Part shown: in pieces, positions 51,601 through 54,097 of the stretch
Position numbering within the stretch: the first letter of the stretch is position 1
How the letters are laid out: the number at the start of each line of letters is the position of its first letter
Assembly: GCA_937897575.1 (NCBI GenBank)
Contig: CALCQG010000124.1
Location: forward strand, 1-54,097
Source: an uncultured Synergistales bacterium
Lineage (GTDB): Bacteria > Synergistota > Synergistia > Synergistales > Aminobacteriaceae
DNA length: 54,097 nucleotides
Reading direction: 5' to 3'
Made by a program: the position numbers and the translations under genes
The notes under the pieces: model-generated
The model's input: the letters and a program-made list of their open reading frames with translations, nothing else
The model's database searches: none
What the model was told of the DNA's origin: nothing

Positions 51601-53958
51601 GCACCCATCTTCGTGGAGCAGGGACAGAAGAGGCTCTCCGTGGCTCTGTCGGCGCCTGAACGCACCCAGCCCGGCGAACCCCTCACCGTTCAGGGGACGA
51701 TCACCGACGGGTCCGGGGCACCCAGAGCAGGCGAAGTGGTCCTGTTCTTCGTGGATGAAGGCGTCCTCGCCCTCACGGGCTTCGCCACGCCCGACCCCTG
51801 GGAGTTCTTCATGGGCCGGAGGGCCCGAAGCGCCTCGGGCTACGACCTGTACGACAACCTTCTTCCCCTCGAGGGGCGGGACACGCCGCTCCTGAAGGCG
51901 GGCGGAGGCGCCGCCGCCATGGAGGCGGCCCTGCGGATGGGCATGTCGCCCATGGCCGCCCGGTCCTTCGTCATCCTCTCCATCGTCTCGGGACGTTTCA
52001 CCGCCGACGACAAGGGGCAGTTCTCCGCCACCCTCTCCATCCCCGAGTTCACGGGCAAGGGACGCCTCATGGCCGTCGCCGCCTCGAAGGACCTCTTCGG
52101 CAAGGGCGAGGCGCAGGTCACCATAGCCCGGGACGTCACGGCGGAGCTCTCCCTCCCGAGAGCCGTCTCGCCGGCGGACGCTTTTGAGGCGCCCCTGAAG
52201 CTCTTCTCGTCGTCCGACGAGGAGAGGCAGGTCACCGTGACCATTGCGGCGGACGGAGCCCTCGGCCTTTCGGGCGAGAAGACCTTCTCGGCCACCCTGC
52301 CGAAGCGGGGGGACAACGCCCTGTTCCAGGTCCCCTTCACCGCCGCCGGCGAAGCCGGGCGGGGAGCGGTGACCGTCACGACGGAGTGGAACGGCGGCCG
52401 CTCCGTGCAGACCCTCGACCTTCCCGTTCGGCCCGCCTACCCGAGAATCAGCCGCTCCGGATCGGGGACGGCGAAGGCGAACGCTCCCGCCACCGTCACC
52501 ATCCCGAGGGAGTGGTTCCCGGGGACGGAGGAGGGGCGCCTGGTCCTCTCGGGCCTTCCCTCGCTCCAGCTCCTCGGCGCAGTGTCCTTCCTGCGGCAGT
52601 ACCCTTACGGCTGCCTCGAGCAGACCGTCTCGGGCGCATGGCCGCTGCTCGTCCTTCCGGACATACTGGCCGACGTGGACCCCGAACTCGTGAACGAGGA
52701 CAGCCGTTCGGCCGCCCTTGCGACGAGGATTCGCCAGATATCGGCCATGCAGCTCTATGACGGTGGCTTCGCCTCCTGGCCCGGAAACGCCACCGCCTAT
52801 CCCTGGGGCTCCGTCTACGCCGCCCATCTCCTCGTGGAGGCGAAAAAGAGCGGCGCGGCCCTGTCCGACGACCTGGTGAACAACGCCCTCGGCTATCTGC
52901 GTCGCCTCCTGCCCCTGGCGCCCGAAGGCGACGGAGAGGCCGCCCTCTCGGAGAACCTGACGGTGAAGGCCTACGCCTCCTACGTCCTCGCCCTGGCCGG
53001 CGATGCACCCCTCGGCTGGATGGCCTACATCAAGGAGAACGATGCCCACCTCAGAAGCTCGGGGGCCATCTTCCTGGCCGGCGCCTACGCGCTGGCGGAG
53101 AACTCGCCCGAGCCGTTGAAGGCTCTGGGCACGGGCGCGCCCGGTCTTCAGGGCGGGGAGACGACCTTCGAGACGGCCTCCCGGACAAACGCCCTGAAGC
53201 TGCTCATGTGGACCGCCGTCGACCCCCTCTCCTCCGCTGCGGCACAGCTTGCCCAGGGGCTGATCGGCGAGGCGTCGGCGAACCGATGGAACACCACGCA
53301 GGACAACGCCATGGGCGTCCTGGCCCTCGGACGGTGGCTCGTCAAGACGAGGGATGCCCGAAAGCCCTTCACCGGCCGGCTGACCGACGGTGCGGGAAAG
53401 GATGTGGCGTCCTTCACCGACGAAAAGGCCGCCTCCGTGGAGCTCAGGAATCTGCCGGCGGGCGATCTGACCCTCACCATCGAGGGCGAGGGTTCGGCCT
53501 ACTACGCGTGGACCTCGTCGGGCGTTCCTCTGAAGGCACCCGCTCCGTCGAACAACGGCCTGACGGTCAAGCGGGCGTGGCAGGACACGAAGGGCAAGGC
53601 ACTGACGCCGGGGACACCCATTGCCCACGGCACCCGGGTTGAGGTCACGCTGACCGTCAGACCCGCCGCGCCCATGCGCAACATCGTGGTGGTGGACATG
53701 CTGCCGGGCGGCATGGAGATAGAGAATCCGCGGCTCACGGGGGGCGGGGACGACGAACCCTCCGGCGGCATCCGCTCCGAGATGCGGGACGACCGGCTCA
53801 TTCTCTTCATCGACTTCGCCGATGGCCCCGTGACCTACAAGTACCTCCTCCGGGCCGTGAGCAGGGGGACCTTCGTCCTTCCGCCCCTGGCCGGCGAGGG
53901 GATGTACGCCCCGGACATCGCCTCCGTGACCGCGACGGGCAAGATCGAGATCCGGTAG
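48640..53958 (+). CDS. Bacterial alpha-2-macroglobulin
   Basis: 1772 aa with a signal peptide, FRPGETV, VDEGVL, thioester PYGCLEQ (52612-52623), TQDNA, DMLPGGMEIEN and MYAP. Confidence 0.93.
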   Translation: MKRLLLMVLAALILFGGVGGVEGAVQDGEFSVATFTPQGIVKGKPAVTVVFSQPAAAKESVGRPVAADKLPLTFSPRLRGEGKWTDEKTFVFTPSSALPQATLFRCTVSDALRDLQGRRLSGRQTFEFSTEALKLLSVRQSDFSNDRATLDLNFNLPVTPQRLRGFLTILNEQKGTVEYTVFGNAPASMVQVAFYPSDASKFTAVVAPGLTSDAGPLGTTTTGQFPVTVTRQIEITSLFAQSRSADQGVIRVSTSVGADLASVRQYVELSPAGSFTVEPEYNGFSIVGDFAPRQRVTVTIKKGLPSSYGTALARDFTQAVIFPDMEPGVTFPTGGSVLSPAGDLRIPIETINTDEISLNLWRVYENNIPVAMSGYSVPRELARLVASKKAYPQGKLNEAARRAIDLREFAGDAKGVFLLTANLGDGEYWSEVEQLVAVTDLGVVARVFPDGITVWVNSILGMKPVPGATVRVYSKSNQVLISGETDESGLWAWRGTSDWDSQLTPWLVTVEKRNDLSFLRLENDLLADNSFDTGGRAWKKGYDAMLFAPRGVFRPGETVDLSAIVRNEKWMPPEAFPLLFVVRSSMGREVARGTAMLTAEGMGSFALPLAAAAPTGKYSATVELPGGEVLGRTEFFVEDFVAPRLEVKATSDRAALAPGEELTVNLSSLYLFGAPAAGLPFEGEIMARAIPFQHEKWRAFVFGDSTKTFETVSEPLDGGTLDGDGKGTLSYEPPEGWAPPSAVRLTVLTRVMEESGRWVNASLNIPFNPYPVYLGIQSPEGERNTGKETAVRVAAVTPEGQPSDLERVTASLFMVQRHYNLVRTGNQSRYQEQKEFVPQTEEAVNLKEGVGTFSFTPKSQGEYLLRFTDEASGSTASTTMFVWAPYGAQESSGSSLPDRVTIALDKEKYAPGDKAAVTLRSPFPGNLLITVETDRELFRSVVTLDKGSATVEIPVTQEMVPNGYVTAWVVRPVVAGEPWGSHRAIGIAPIFVEQGQKRLSVALSAPERTQPGEPLTVQGTITDGSGAPRAGEVVLFFVDEGVLALTGFATPDPWEFFMGRRARSASGYDLYDNLLPLEGRDTPLLKAGGGAAAMEAALRMGMSPMAARSFVILSIVSGRFTADDKGQFSATLSIPEFTGKGRLMAVAASKDLFGKGEAQVTIARDVTAELSLPRAVSPADAFEAPLKLFSSSDEERQVTVTIAADGALGLSGEKTFSATLPKRGDNALFQVPFTAAGEAGRGAVTVTTEWNGGRSVQTLDLPVRPAYPRISRSGSGTAKANAPATVTIPREWFPGTEEGRLVLSGLPSLQLLGAVSFLRQYPYGCLEQTVSGAWPLLVLPDILADVDPELVNEDSRSAALATRIRQISAMQLYDGGFASWPGNATAYPWGSVYAAHLLVEAKKSGAALSDDLVNNALGYLRRLLPLAPEGDGEAALSENLTVKAYASYVLALAGDAPLGWMAYIKENDAHLRSSGAIFLAGAYALAENSPEPLKALGTGAPGLQGGETTFETASRTNALKLLMWTAVDPLSSAAAQLAQGLIGEASANRWNTTQDNAMGVLALGRWLVKTRDARKPFTGRLTDGAGKDVASFTDEKAASVELRNLPAGDLTLTIEGEGSAYYAWTSSGVPLKAPAPSNNGLTVKRAWQDTKGKALTPGTPIAHGTRVEVTLTVRPAAPMRNIVVVDMLPGGMEIENPRLTGGGDDEPSGGIRSEMRDDRLILFIDFADGPVTYKYLLRAVSRGTFVLPPLAGEGMYAPDIASVTATGKIEIR

Positions 53959-53964
53959 AAGCGC

Positions 53965-54097
53965 GTGGACAGACTCCTCCGCCGTCTTGCGGTCCTGGGT
54001 CTCGTCGCAGCCCTTGCCGTCGGAGGAATTCTCTTCTGGGCCTCGTCCGTCCCCTTTTCGGCCCAGCGGCTGACACAGTGGAACACCTCCCCCGTCC
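53965..54097 (+). CDS. Probable penicillin-binding protein 1C (N-terminus only)
   Basis: GTG start giving MDRLLRRLAVLGLVAALAVGGILFWASSVPFSAQRLTQWNTSPV, a membrane anchor. The identity is inferred from the usual A2M-pbpC pairing. Confidence 0.5.
   Translation, partial: MDRLLRRLAVLGLVAALAVGGILFWASSVPFSAQRLTQWNTSPV

Noticed and set aside
49147..53628. 1493-aa minus-strand ORF
   Set aside because: Antisense shadow of the alpha-2-macroglobulin gene.

Overview
High-GC chromosomal window from an anaerobic, probably diderm bacterium. The gene content (lptA/lptB, alpha-2-macroglobulin, TAXI-TRAP, fhs, kamA, CIRCE plus CtsR-like boxes) suggests Synergistota, which is an inference. It is mostly housekeeping and metabolic: dnaG (partial), hppA, guaA, groESL, tsaD, murJ, lptAB, thrC, thrB, rlmN, panF, fchA-folD-fhs, glyA, pepF, hsp20, tupA, rubrerythrin, clpB and A2M with a probable pbpC start. 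Standout items: (1) an uncharacterised cluster of lysine 2,3-aminomutase, two Ddl-like ATP-grasp ligases and a GNAT, with a structured leader; (2) a homoserine kinase fused in frame to an aspartokinase-beta-like ACT-ACT module that has its own internal RBS and ATG; (3) an IS481-family element flanked by a perfect 22-bp target duplication; (4) a LysR-linked operon of an M20 enzyme, two fold-II PLP enzymes and GlyA next to the C1 genes, where the M20 has Gln at two catalytic positions; (5) a Moco-class riboswitch with terminator and antiterminator upstream of tupA; (6) CtsR-like repeats shared by hsp20 and clpB. No CRISPR array, rRNA or convincing tRNA was seen. All calls come from motif recognition by eye; no searches were run.
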